Origin: Bugula neritina
Lineage: Eukaryota > Animalia > Bryozoa
NCBI GenBank assembly: GCA_964035545.1
Contig: CAXIUT010000179.1
Location: 1-35,531 of the forward strand
Length of the DNA stretch: 35,531 nucleotides
Reading direction: 5' to 3'
The stretch's first letter is position 1, and each line of letters starts with the position of its first letter. Made by a program: the position numbers and the translations under genes. A model generated the notes under the pieces. It ran no database searches. It saw only the letters and a program-made list of their open reading frames with translations, and was not told the DNA's origin. Positions 25,133-35,531 of this stretch are shown here, piece after piece.

Positions 25133-26095
25133 TCAACCTTCAAATTAGTCATCTTCATCCTCTACGTCCATCCACTCGTCCTAGTCCTACCCCGTCTCAG
25201 CCGGCTCCTTCTTATTTTTTGACATCTATGCTCTCATTTCAGCCACAGCCTACTCGATCTATTCGTTAACTATCTCTCCGTTTTGCTTAGCCAACTCGTA
25301 CTCCTCGAGATATTCATGAGTCGATTCGATATGTCCCAATTTAAACGAACAAAAAGCAAGCATGTAAAGGGTCTACAACTAACTACTCGCATCCTAATGC
25401 AATTTTTAATACAAATTAAGCGATTTCTAAAACTACTACACCTAAATAAGATACTTTCCTGTTGTATTGATAGCCTAACTCTAGTATTCTTCTCGATTAT
25501 CCATAATCCAACTATAAATTTACACCAATTCCTTTCTAGCAGTCTAAAAATCATCTTTCCACATCAAATAGTTAGCAATCTGCAACTTGACATCAATACA
25601 ACTCCTATCGACCTACATCCCCTTCTCCATCGCCTACTTGCATTTACCCTCGGCTTATTTTTAGTCAATCAAATCAGTCAGACAAATTTAGGCAATACCC
25701 GCATAAGCCTGTGCAATATCTCGTTTTATTTATGTTTATGGAGCAGTTGATTTAAAAGGATTAGATAGACAATTTCTAGCCTGCTCTATCCCCCTCTCAT
25801 AAGTTTTTATCGATTTAACTCCATTATATATCTAGGCCAATTACATGTATATTTTATAACTACCAGTCGGCATCTACTTTATTGATCTCTATAGGATTTG
25901 TTTGGCCTATTTCTATCGCTGTGTAACTTTGAGCAGATTGGAGTAGCAAAGGACCAATATCTAGTCATGTGAATTTTTAGCATAAGCCAACTGATAGAAA
26001 TACTATGCTTACTAATAATCAAGAGATTAGTATTTTTATTCAGCCATCTGGAATAAAGTCTGAAAAGGAAGGCTGTCGAATCGCTTACACTACAT
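25133..26095 (-). CDS. ACL4: TPR protein, assembly chaperone of RpL4 (Acl4-like), 320 aa
   Basis: Open frame of 321 codons with KIYMELAEIYNGVKSIKTYERGI, AYAGIAEICLTDLIDEKEAEGKC and an acidic tail (DEWMDVEDED), matching the Acl4 pattern as I recall it. Confidence 0.75.
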
Positions 26096-26114
26096 CAACA
26101 ATCTATTTAATTAT

Positions 26115-26282
26115 ATCACAGTTATCATATAAATAAACTAATCACAGTTATCATATAAATAAACTAATCACAGTTATCATATAAATAAACTAATCACAGT
26201 TATCATATAAATAAACTAATCACAGTTATCATATAAATAAACTAATCACAGTTATCATATAAATAAACTAATCACAGTTATC
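26115..26282. repeat. 26-bp minisatellite (ATCACAGTTATCATATAAATAAACTA), 6 full copies plus a 12-nt partial copy
   Basis: Perfect copies start at 26115, 26141, 26167, 26193, 26219 and 26245, with a partial copy at 26271. It is intergenic. Confidence 0.97.
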
Positions 26283-26385
26283 TGTGGGATTAAAAACAAT
26301 ATAATAACATAATAACATAATAATTTAAAATAAACTCACATCCCTCTATTTTATTAATAAATATCGAATAACAAGATATAGACTA

Positions 26386-27258
26386 TCACTTCCTAACCAT
26401 TTATATAAAATAGGGCACATCTTTTTCCACATTGAAATTCTAACCCATTCCCACCCGGTTCAACTCCTTCACATACCCCTCCTCCTCAAACTGCACCATA
26501 GAATACTAAAAAGATTTACTAGCCAAAGACAAAAAATCACACATAGAATCTCCTCTCGAAGGATTCACAAATAATATCACACCCGATTTACTCAAATACG
26601 AATCTATCGTCAAAAGCAACTACTTGTGAAATTGACTGAAATACAAGCAATCGCATACTAGTATCATATTGTAGGTCTATCTTTTCTAGGTTTGGGCTAA
26701 ATTGGTTAAAACTGATTACTCGCCCCATGTCAGATGTTTTGCTTTAGCATTTTTAAGACCATTTAGCTTGATATTTTGTTAAAGATACTCTATGTTTTAT
26801 TTTTGCCCATCCGTCAACACCAACTACCCCACCCGATCAATAAAATATTCCTAACACAATTTCATCAAGACTATCCCCGCCAAACCACTACACCCAGCAC
26901 CCAACTCCAACACCCCAAACCCATCCTCTTATTTACTACTTTTAGACAAATATTTTTTACCCTCATAAATTAAATAATACGCAGCTATCTCCTAGGCCTA
27001 CCAGATCCATTTGCCAGTAGCATCTATTTCACTTTTAAAATGTAGGAGCTATTTATAGAGAGGCTGAGGTGTTGCCTGAATTAGTTTGTAGTTTTTTAGT
27101 TGGTAGTTTGTTATGAGAGTTTCTTTTTAGATTTGGGATTCTCGTTTGAAAAGATCGAATTTTTTATCTTTTTGCTTGTGTGATAAATTTTTAGATAATA
27201 ATATGTTTTTGACTTTAAGCCAGTTCTTTTTACCTCGAGATAGTTACTCCTCTTTCAT
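26386..27258 (-). CDS. CAMKMT: Calmodulin-lysine N-methyltransferase (Methyltransf_16 family), 290 aa
   Basis: DATGKWIWEAEEIAAY, SAM motif I VLELGAGCSGLAG, LVLTDG, LTWG, ILVCDCLYF and NPSRGDSM. Confidence 0.85.
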
Positions 27259-27394
27259 TGTCTTTTAAATAATTTGAAAAAGAAATTATAAATATATATC
27301 AAGATCAAGTTCTAATTATTTAATCCTTTAGGTAGATATTTATGAATATTGATTAAGAATGATAAAATATACTGAATTTTATAAATAATAAAAA

Positions 27395-28885
27395 ATGAAT
27401 GAAACATCGCAATTGAACAGATCATCTCTTTGGAAGATATCAGGCACAACAAAACAGACAAATCAAAATCACAGTACAAGTCAATCAAATTTCAACCTTC
27501 CTTAGAGATTTTCTCCATCGAGAAAGAAACTAAATGAATCAGCCATCTTCAACTCCTCTTTATAAAAATTAAAACTATCAACTCTAAATGGTAAATCCGA
27601 ACACTCTCTAACTCCAAATAAACAACTAAAAACAAGTATATTATTTTAAAGCCAAGAAATAATCAAAGACGACCAATAGATCAATAAATCTAATAAAATA
27701 AATTAATAAATCAAACTTAATAATCATATCAAAAAGAAAGGAAATAGCCAAACATTAATATAATAGCAAATAAAAGGTATTAGGAGGGAGGTCAAGTTGG
27801 AATTTATCAATTAGTATTAAGAGAACAGAAGATGGATTAGGTAAGTTAGAGAGGAGTTTAGGATGTTTCAGATTAATGTTATCGGGGAAATTAATTAACA
27901 AAAATGTTTCATCATGAAAACTATTTAAGATATTAATAATAAAATTAAATATATTGGGTAAAAAACTATTAAAGAGGATGTTAATATTTTGGAGAAATAG
28001 ATTGTTAAAAGAATTGATAATGTTAATGTAGTTTGTTTGGATAATAAAATATAAAAGAAACTATAAAGTTGTTAAGTTAATTTAGATAAGATTTAGAAGC
28101 AATAACTAGATATTAAAGTACCTTAAATAGATAAAAATATTAATAAATAATAATAAATGAAACAAATAGATAAGTACGAAAAAAGATAAGTAGATCAGTT
28201 ATAAATAAAGTTATCGAATTAACCAAATATAAAATAGTAATAGAAAGGATAAATAATACAAATAGATAAAGTGTAAATAAAATAAGCCAATAAAGATTAA
28301 ATAAAAGACATTAAATAACATAAAAATAATTAATATAAACCAATAAAAGTTTCATAGAACTTTAAAACATATTCTTAAATTGATAAAATAATTTAAACAA
28401 GCACATAACCTAGTAAAAACGATCTCAACATTCCTCAATCAATTAAAATAATATAACCAATAAATACTATCAAAAAAGAACCAGAAACATCAAAGTAAGC
28501 AACTGAAATAAATATAAAATAACTAAAATAAAGTCCATCTCTCTAAAAATGCAATCACATAGTCTAAACAATCAACACCCTAACTTAGATAAACGACCAA
28601 CCAGTCTAAACAAACCCAATATCCTCCCCAAGATCCCTCTAGCGCCAAGCAAGATAATAGTACAAACAAAAGATCCTATCAATAACAAAAAGCAACACCA
28701 ACCTCTTAAAATAAAAATACAAGCCCTAACATCCTCTAACCCCAAAAACAAATAAAAATAATTTCAAACTAGATAAATTTTATTCTGCCATCTAAAAACT
28801 AAAATAATAATTCAACTCAATCAAATAAACCAAAAATATAAATAATAACATGCATAAAAGTAACATAATATAAGAATATTAATGA
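27395..28885 (+). CDS. Hypothetical K/N/I/E-rich low-complexity, coiled-coil protein, 496 aa
   Basis: A 497-codon frame free of TGA from ATG 27395 to TGA 28883. No recognisable domain. Confidence 0.65.
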
Positions 28886-28901
28886 TTATTATTGCATTTT
28901 A

Positions 28902-30851
28902 TCATTCTATTTCCACCAATATGTTCTACTACCACCGACCATAAACAACCTACCCATTCTGACACTGATATTGACCATAACCCGTTATGCTATCATCCAA
29001 AAATTAACCAGAAAAAGTCTAACCATTCGATAAATACAACTTGCCATTCCCGCATTTGTTATCCAACTTGAACTATCCTTAGTATTTAGTCCAAATGTCA
29101 TCTATTTCACTTATATCGCGATAATCAAATCCTCCAGATAGACTCGCCGGCTGCTCGTTATAAAGAATCCCGTAGCCGTGAAATTGGTCATCTAGCCACT
29201 ATCCGTCATAGGCCACGCATCCCTCAGTGTAGTATAGTATTCCGCGGCCGTTCATCATGTCGTTTCTGAACTATCCTTAGTAGAATGCGCCGTCTTAGTA
29301 TTATATCCTTCCCTTGCCGTGTTTTAGACCGTTTAGCATCGTTCCTTCATATTTGCTTCCATTTTATTTAGTTTATACTGTATATACTAATTACTTTTTA
29401 TTCTTTTTCATCATGTTCTGAGGAAATTCAGAACCTTCTCTCGTCTACATTTCTGTGATAACTGGCTGAACTAGAGCATCTATAGCTGTCCTAGAGGTAT
29501 TTCTATCAGTTTGAAGACTTTGGAAAGACGATCTCGATGAAAATTCTTCAGAAGGTGAAAAAGGATATTTTGATGATTCATAAAAAGCACTCATTTTAAG
29601 TCTATTGATATCTTAGAGATCTTTTCTTATCATTTAGAACAATTTTGGATCAGTATATAGATTTTTATCAGTAGAAGGTGCTACTTTAGGAGTTATCGGG
29701 TTGATTTATTGTGTTATTTGAGGTACTGGTTTTGTTACAATCTGTAATACTTGTGATGTCTTCTATGGAACGACTTGTGATCGTAATTCAGGCATATATT
29801 GATGTTTAGGTTCTTCTATTCTGTAAGAAGATACTCGATCATGGTTGAAAGTTTAATTATCAATAGATTTTCTATCTATAAATTTCGGTTATTTTGCCAC
29901 TTGATTAACACTATGTTCTTGAAGAGGCTCACCTATTTGATAATTTCTACTACTTTATGATTGCTAAGCTTTACTAGACATCGATTGAGGAGTATTTTAT
30001 TAAGTCTAATCGAAATTCCAATACTTATCAAGTATTTTTTGTACTTCCATCAAAGAAGCCCTTCGATTTGGATTAGTCTCAAGTATATTTTAAATAATTT
30101 CAACCAACTAAACTGAATATCTCTATCCTAGCTCTTCCAACATTTCTGATAGGATTTGATCACTAAAACTATACTTTTTGAAATTATAACACTAAGAAAC
30201 CTATCTAAGAAGACCAGCTTTTAACAGTGTCATTCCCATACTAAAAATAGATTGTTTTCTGATAGCAAAATCAGTATCAATTTTATTGAAATTATTTATC
30301 TTTTACGGCGCATAAAAAACATCCTCTCTCATTGTCAAATGAGTACCCTCTTCTATCAAATCATCATGAATGATTTTGATATGTCCATCTGGATTTATAA
30401 ATACCTACGAAGGATTAAGAGCCATTATAGGTTTCAACTCCCCCAACCCATTCGTACAAGATTGAAGTATACTCCATAGCTAGGATTCTTCAAAATATTT
30501 ATTCTCTCTCTGACGTGCCTAGATCTCTTCTTTAAGAGTGACTTCAGCATACTAAAAAATAACATATATTTTATAGGTATTAGAACAAAAACTATTAAAT
30601 GATCTCGATTACACCTTAACTGGACTGATCACATACTATCTTTATTTATTCTACATCTGCTTTTTCAGTTCCTGCATTTTTCTTTAGTAAAGTTCAACAA
30701 CATTGTAAGTATACTCTTTAAGAATAAAGTTGTTTTTTGTTTATTTGTGCATCAAAATGATACCTCTTGATGTCCTGTCCACCTGCTAGTACTATCTACT
30801 CAGTTGCTAAACTATAGGTTGAGTGGTGCTGTCATTGAGATTGTTTCCCAT
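28902..30851 (-). CDS. Protein-kinase-like (pseudokinase) domain plus C-terminal MORN repeats, 649 aa
   Basis: Starts MGNN. Kinase-fold segments FILKEY, YVIFEY, FEESELWSIL, FYAPE, IFSMGMTLL and NPNRRAS are present, but HRD and DFG are not. MORN repeats include YEGTMLNGLKHGKG, YEGEFRNDMMNGRG and YDGEWLDDQFHGYG. Confidence 0.88.
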
Positions 30852-30957
30852 GGTAACGGATTCAATTTAATTTATAACTATGTGATTTAACTTATCAGAA
30901 TATAGCTAATTATTTAAAATATAGTTTAATATAGATAAAATTTAACCAATCATATGA

Positions 30958-32717
30958 TCAGAAGTCCTAAATCTTAAATTCGGGAACTATGTTTTCCATA
31001 TTGTCTCCATTTATCTTCCTCTTTGGCGGTCGCTTCACACTATTCACCACCCGAGGATCTACTATCATCTACTTCTTGTGAAACCCTTGCGACTGCTTGT
31101 TCTATCTTAATATATAATTACTTTTGCTTATTTAGTCAACATGTTCGGCAGATACTCAAGATAAGGCTATCCAGTAGAACACTTAATCACTCTGTTAGCC
31201 TGATGTCCATACGATATTTTTTTCTTCTTTTTCTTAAGAGCTTTAGACCCTTACTTCTCAATATGTAAATTTTAACCTTTTCTACGTTCTGGACTATTCA
31301 AATCAATTTATTCCATATCATCTGTTATTATCCGTTTAGTTTTGCCTTCAAGCATGCCAACCGTATTGCTTCTGTTGCATTCCATCAGTTATCGCCTTCG
31401 ACCATGATCCGTTTCCTAATCTGAACTCACACCATCATCATTCATATCTATTTATCCATTCAGACAGTATATCCTCAAAGGTTATGGCCTTGAATTAGGA
31501 TTTTCCGAAAGATTAATTTTAAAAGGTGAATTATTATCAATAAGATTCATAGTAGCTGACTTTCTAGGAAAATAATCATTATCTTCACTTTCTGCACCTA
31601 TTTTCTAAACTTATATATCTTCCTAATTCTATACCTTTCCTTGACTAGGATTCAATACTATCAATTTATCACTAGCTAAGGCTTTCTTACTAAAATCACC
31701 TTCATTACCAGTTTTAGATTCCAACTTAGTATCCTAGATAGCTTCCTCTTAAAGATCAGATGGTTTTTATTTTTATGTTGAATTAAAGAGACTATTCAAA
31801 GAGATATCACCTTCAGCAACATTTTGAATACCAGCTCTAATAGCAGGCAATATTTTTTATCTTTTTATTTTCTTAAGAAGATCACTTGCTTTCTAAATAG
31901 GTGAATTTTATTTTTTAAATTGTCCCATATCAAGAGGTTGTGGCTAAATCTCAATATCCAATGGTATTTTTTGACCAATTCTATCAGGATATACCATTTT
32001 AGATGGTTTCTACAACATCTACTTCTCACCAACCAATCCATACATCTACAACAAATTATTCTCTCTCTGACATTCAAACACAAACTATTGAAAAATAACA
32101 AATCTACTAAGAACCAATCCGATCATCAAAGTAAGCACCGGTCTCACCATGAAGTTATCTATAACTAAATTCATACCAGCATTCCCCAGAAAAGTAGCTA
32201 TCATAGTATTCTGATAATTATTGTACAATTGAGCTACCATAGCGATGTTAATCATAATAGTCACGCCTACCAATACAATTTGAAGATATTTCTATCGATA
32301 TTTATTACTCTAGCTATTCTACTACTATCTATTCTATTTAGTCATCGCCATAGCCACAAAGAAATACATGAAATAGATAAGACTGCCGCAACCTGCCAGC
32401 GCGAAAGGCGATTGCACAAAAAATGTACAAATCGCAGTGATAGATATGGACAGTAGCAGAGGTATTTTATATTTGGCTCTTCTAACAGAACAGAGTTCAA
32501 TGGGCGTAAAATTGCTTAGTAGGTATTTGAGTGTGTTTTTTGTTTGCGAGATGTCTTCATCTGATCTCTCATAATTTTTTAGTTTAGTTTTAAGAGATGT
32601 TTTGTTGTATATTTTAGTTATCAAAGTGTTGTCTTTTAGAGCCAGTTTAAGAACTATCAAAGAGAGGACGGAGAGGATGGCTAAGAGAGGTAGGAGTAAC
32701 AGAAATAAGTCCAACAT
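30958..32717 (-). CDS. Multi-pass membrane protein (~5 N-terminal hydrophobic segments, long hydrophilic tail), ~579 aa; complement(join(30958..31101,31122..32717))
   Basis: The track ORFs 32334-32717 and 32085-32273 share a frame that stays open to ~31122. A 20-nt intron then leads to the ending IVPEFKIEDF-TGA. Confidence 0.72.
31102..31121 (-). other. 20-nt intron (multi-TM protein)
   Basis: gtaattatatattaagatag; the unspliced frame hits TGA soon afterwards. Confidence 0.7.
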
Positions 32718-32991
32718 TTTACTAATTTATAACTATAATATATTCGTTAGTATTTATAATTTATTTAGTTATTTTATCAAATACAAATTAATATATAAAA
32801 TATTATTTAGAACTTGGCTATCAATCGACTTGATTTCCTTTGTTTGTTTATTCTGCTAGGAAATGATAAATATTTATATTTTGGGTTTATTTATAAAAGT
32901 TAACCAAAGAAGGTGGTTTTTAATTGAATGTTAATTATTAGTTGGAGATGTTAGATTTATATTTATTTTATTGATATAAATATAACATAAG

Positions 32992-33278
32992 ATGACCTAT
33001 CAACAACCCTAAAAGAAAAAACCATTCTTCAGTTGCTGTTCAGCCGAGGAAGAAAAAAAATAAGTCTATGTTGATCTAGGACAAAAAGAACGACCCGTCC
33101 AAAGTAGTATTCCCCCTCAACGTAAACATATTTTAACTCAGCCGTCTATCATCAACCAACCACCGTAGTGTCTCAAAGCCCAGCTCCAAAATTCCGTTTC
33201 TCCTACCAACAACAACCCCAAGTAGTTCCACAAGTGCAACCCAACTACCAGAACCAACCAAATATCTATAGAAATTGA
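32992..33278 (+). CDS. Small Q/P-rich protein with an N-terminal KKKPFFSCC motif, 88 aa; join(32992..33121,33142..33278)
   Basis: MTYQQPEKKKPFFSCCSAEEE. Removing a canonical 20-nt intron joins IPPQ to PVYHQPTTVV...YQQQPQVVPQVQPNY. Confidence 0.65.
33122..33141 (+). other. 20-nt intron (small Q/P-rich protein)
   Basis: gtaaacatattttaactcag. Confidence 0.72.
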
Positions 33279-33417
33279 TCTCATACCGTAATAACTTAAA
33301 CATTAAACTATCATCCCCCCTAAACCACCCCTCCACCCTTATCACATAACTATTTATCTAAACAACCCATTGATCATCATCAAAAACAGACAATAAAATA
33401 TATAAATCACATAAATA

Positions 33418-34284
33418 TCAATGATACTATTCCTACTATTGCTCATATTGACCAATTTCTTATGAAAGATGATTTTATATGCTCTACTCTTTGAAAAAGG
33501 AGATTATCCATGCGTTGACCACAGTAAAGAAGTAGTAGATGAGAGGTAGTAATAGCTATACAACAAAAACAACAAAAAACTATCCAATAGAATTTCTACT
33601 ATCATCAAGATCCCAAATAAAAAAATAATTCAAGACCAACCCCACCATCACCACCAAACAAAAACATCTCCTCAACTAAATCTGATACCTAAAACTAACA
33701 TCCAACACCTCATACTCCACTATCTTCTCACGATCCAACAACTACATCTAAATCTACCTGGCATCTTGCTGCCTCAAATACCGACGCATTGTTCTATTAC
33801 GCTTCTTTTCATTGTTCATTATCTATCTGATTTTTATGATCTGGTGAAATGCGCAAATAGATACCAAAGAATACAGTGATAGGAGAGAATAACGTAGAGG
33901 CACCAAATGCAAAAACAGAACAGAAAAGATAAAGACAGCTAGTAAAGAGAATACAGATAAAATAAAGTATTTGATGGCTGTATGTTCTTAAAATACAAAT
34001 CTAAGAAAGATCCAATACAAAGGCAACATCCATATAATTCTAAAGACATTCGATAGATCAGAAACAGCTTTTTTACTAGTAAAAATCGACCACAAATCAA
34101 CACCAACATCCACCACAGACAACACAAACATCAACTTGTCAATCCGATCATAACACATCTTCCACATCACCAACTACCTCACAAACAAAAACATCACCAC
34201 AAATTACACCAACACCACCAACAACCCCCGCAAACAAAACCAACATATCCCAAATTCATCCAAATCCATCAACAACTCCTCCAT
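33418..34284 (-). CDS. Seven-transmembrane (GPCR-like topology) hypothetical protein, 288 aa
   Basis: A 289-codon open frame with seven hydrophobic segments and a long charged loop between segments 5 and 6. Confidence 0.72.
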
Positions 34285-34334
34285 TGCTTATTATTAATAT
34301 AGTAATAGCAAGCTATATAATTTTGATGTCACAA

Positions 34335-35313
34335 TCATGATTTGATCTGCTGGTGGGCCTGTTTCTACAAGAGCTGGCGGATAGATTGGTTGCTGTGGTG
34401 TTTGAGATGCGGGTAGTTTCGAAGCACTTCATCTGCCACGTGCTTGGCGATTTGCTAGTCTACGCTTGCCATTGTCTTCTTCTCACTTGTTGTCATTTTC
34501 TACCATTATGCTGTTTTCTTCTTCTGCTAGAGCTATTGCACGCGCTATGCTGTTTTTTGACTGGATACTGACTGAGCAGCAGAATTACGACTCATTCTAC
34601 TCAAAACATCGTCTTTATCTTTTTATCTTTATTATTGAATATTATTTCTATTTTATTACATCCTTTTCATCTGCTATTTCTTCCAATTTTCCTGATCTTT
34701 CAAAGTTTCTACTTTATTTTTAAGCTAGAGCAATATGTTTTTAACTTAGTCATCTGAAACATAGTCTTTCAGTTCAGTTTGATGTTCATTACTAAAGAAA
34801 TCAAGCAATTAATCTACTTCTTTATCTTATTGTTTTTAGGTCTATTGAGCAGTTTTAGCCCAAGCTGGCTTATCCTTTTTCTTCAAATTAGGTTCTTGCC
34901 TTCGAATAGATTCAGTATTTGTTTATTCATTATTTACAATACTTGAATTCTTCTCTCTCTATCTCTTCTACTTCCCCTACTGCTTTATCTTCTACAAATG
35001 CTCCATTTGTTTTTGTTTCTATAGCTACTCCTGTTCCTTTTTCAAGTGCACATCTTGCTTGAATTTTTACAACCATTTTTTATGACTGTTAAGGATAGGC
35101 AACACTCTCTTCTTTGTCTTATGCTCATCATATTCTTTAACTGGTGCCAAACCATACTGCTAATGCGCAAAAACTCGACCACAAAATTATCTATATCATC
35201 TACTATCTACCTTTTCTTTTAAACAGATGGACTCTAGTTAGGTCTAGAACACAGCAGCACTCCTTTGTAGTAATTTATTCCGTCTAAATAGATTTAAAAG
35301 TACTTGCCTACAT
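34335..35313 (-). CDS. Conserved hypothetical coiled-coil protein, 312 aa; complement(join(34335..35190,35211..35283,35304..35313))
   Basis: Motif-like blocks YKGVLLCSRP, HKKWLE, KPAWA, EVDELLDF and VLRNYPHLKHHSNQSIRQLL. Two 20-nt introns give a continuous frame. Confidence 0.78.
35191..35210 (-). other. 20-nt intron (terminal gene)
   Basis: gtagatagtagatgatatag; restores the frame. Confidence 0.8.
35284..35303 (-). other. 20-nt intron (terminal gene)
   Basis: gtacttttaaatctatttag; follows a 10-nt first coding exon. Confidence 0.78.
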
Positions 35314-35450
35314 ACAATTTGTTTATAAAATATATATTTTAAGTAAAAGTTTTATTTTTCATAAAACCTACAATAACAATATTGTTTAATATCAACTGAA
35401 ATCAATATAAAAAAGATAATAATTGTAAAAATATATAATTATGGAATCCA

Positions 35451-35531
35451 GGGGTTGGGGTTGGGGTTGGGGTTGGGGTTGGGGTTGGGGTTGGGGTTGG
35501 GGTTGGGGTTGGGGTTGGGGTTGGGGTTGGG
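35451..35531 (+). repeat. Right telomere, (GGGGTT)n
   Basis: Perfect G4T2 array running to the last base, in the orientation expected for the opposite chromosome end. Confidence 0.99.

Noticed and set aside
25283-25750. 155-aa + strand ORF and other antisense or off-frame track ORFs (e.g. 2425-2649, 22363-22653, 31920-32168, 34353-34571)
   Set aside because: These are shadows of real code-30 genes on the opposite strand or in another frame, with no recognisable motifs.
26135-26149. Similarity of the minisatellite (TAAACTAATCACAGT) to the Tetrahymena chromosome breakage sequence
   Set aside because: It has several mismatches to the Cbs core AAACCAACC, and a functional Cbs would be removed from the MAC rather than retained internally.
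26115-26282. CRISPR array
   Set aside because: The units are head-to-tail with no unique spacers, there are no cas genes, and the context is eukaryotic.
26913-26918. Internal telomere-like CCCCAA
   Set aside because: A single hexamer inside CAMKMT coding sequence within a C/A-rich patch; expected by chance.

Overview
This is not a bacterial window. It is a complete, telomere-to-telomere 35.5 kb ciliate macronuclear chromosome, with (CCCCAA)n at 1-87 and (GGGGTT)n at 35451-35531. It uses the peritrich nuclear code (translation table 30): TAA and TAG both read as Glu at invariant positions, and TGA is the only stop. The supplied standard-code ORF track is therefore fragmentary and largely misleading. 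Re-translating by hand gives 16 tightly packed protein genes: a PMCA Ca2+-ATPase; a ~4078-aa Cys-rich surface protein with a multi-TM C-terminus and five near-identical 1464-bp internal repeats; MCM4; a PTEN/tensin-type phosphatase-C2 protein; a small 2-TM protein; an RPA1-family protein; GCN5; a tandem CCCH zinc-finger protein; ACL4; CAMKMT; a coiled-coil protein; a pseudokinase-MORN protein; a multi-TM protein; a small Q/P-rich protein; a 7-TM protein; and a conserved hypothetical protein. The genes carry 13 candidate tiny introns (ten of exactly 20 nt, two of 21 nt, one of 22 nt), all GTA...YAG, 12 of them with an A at position -6. There is also a 26-bp minisatellite. All gene models and family calls come from manual reading and motif recall, not from searches.
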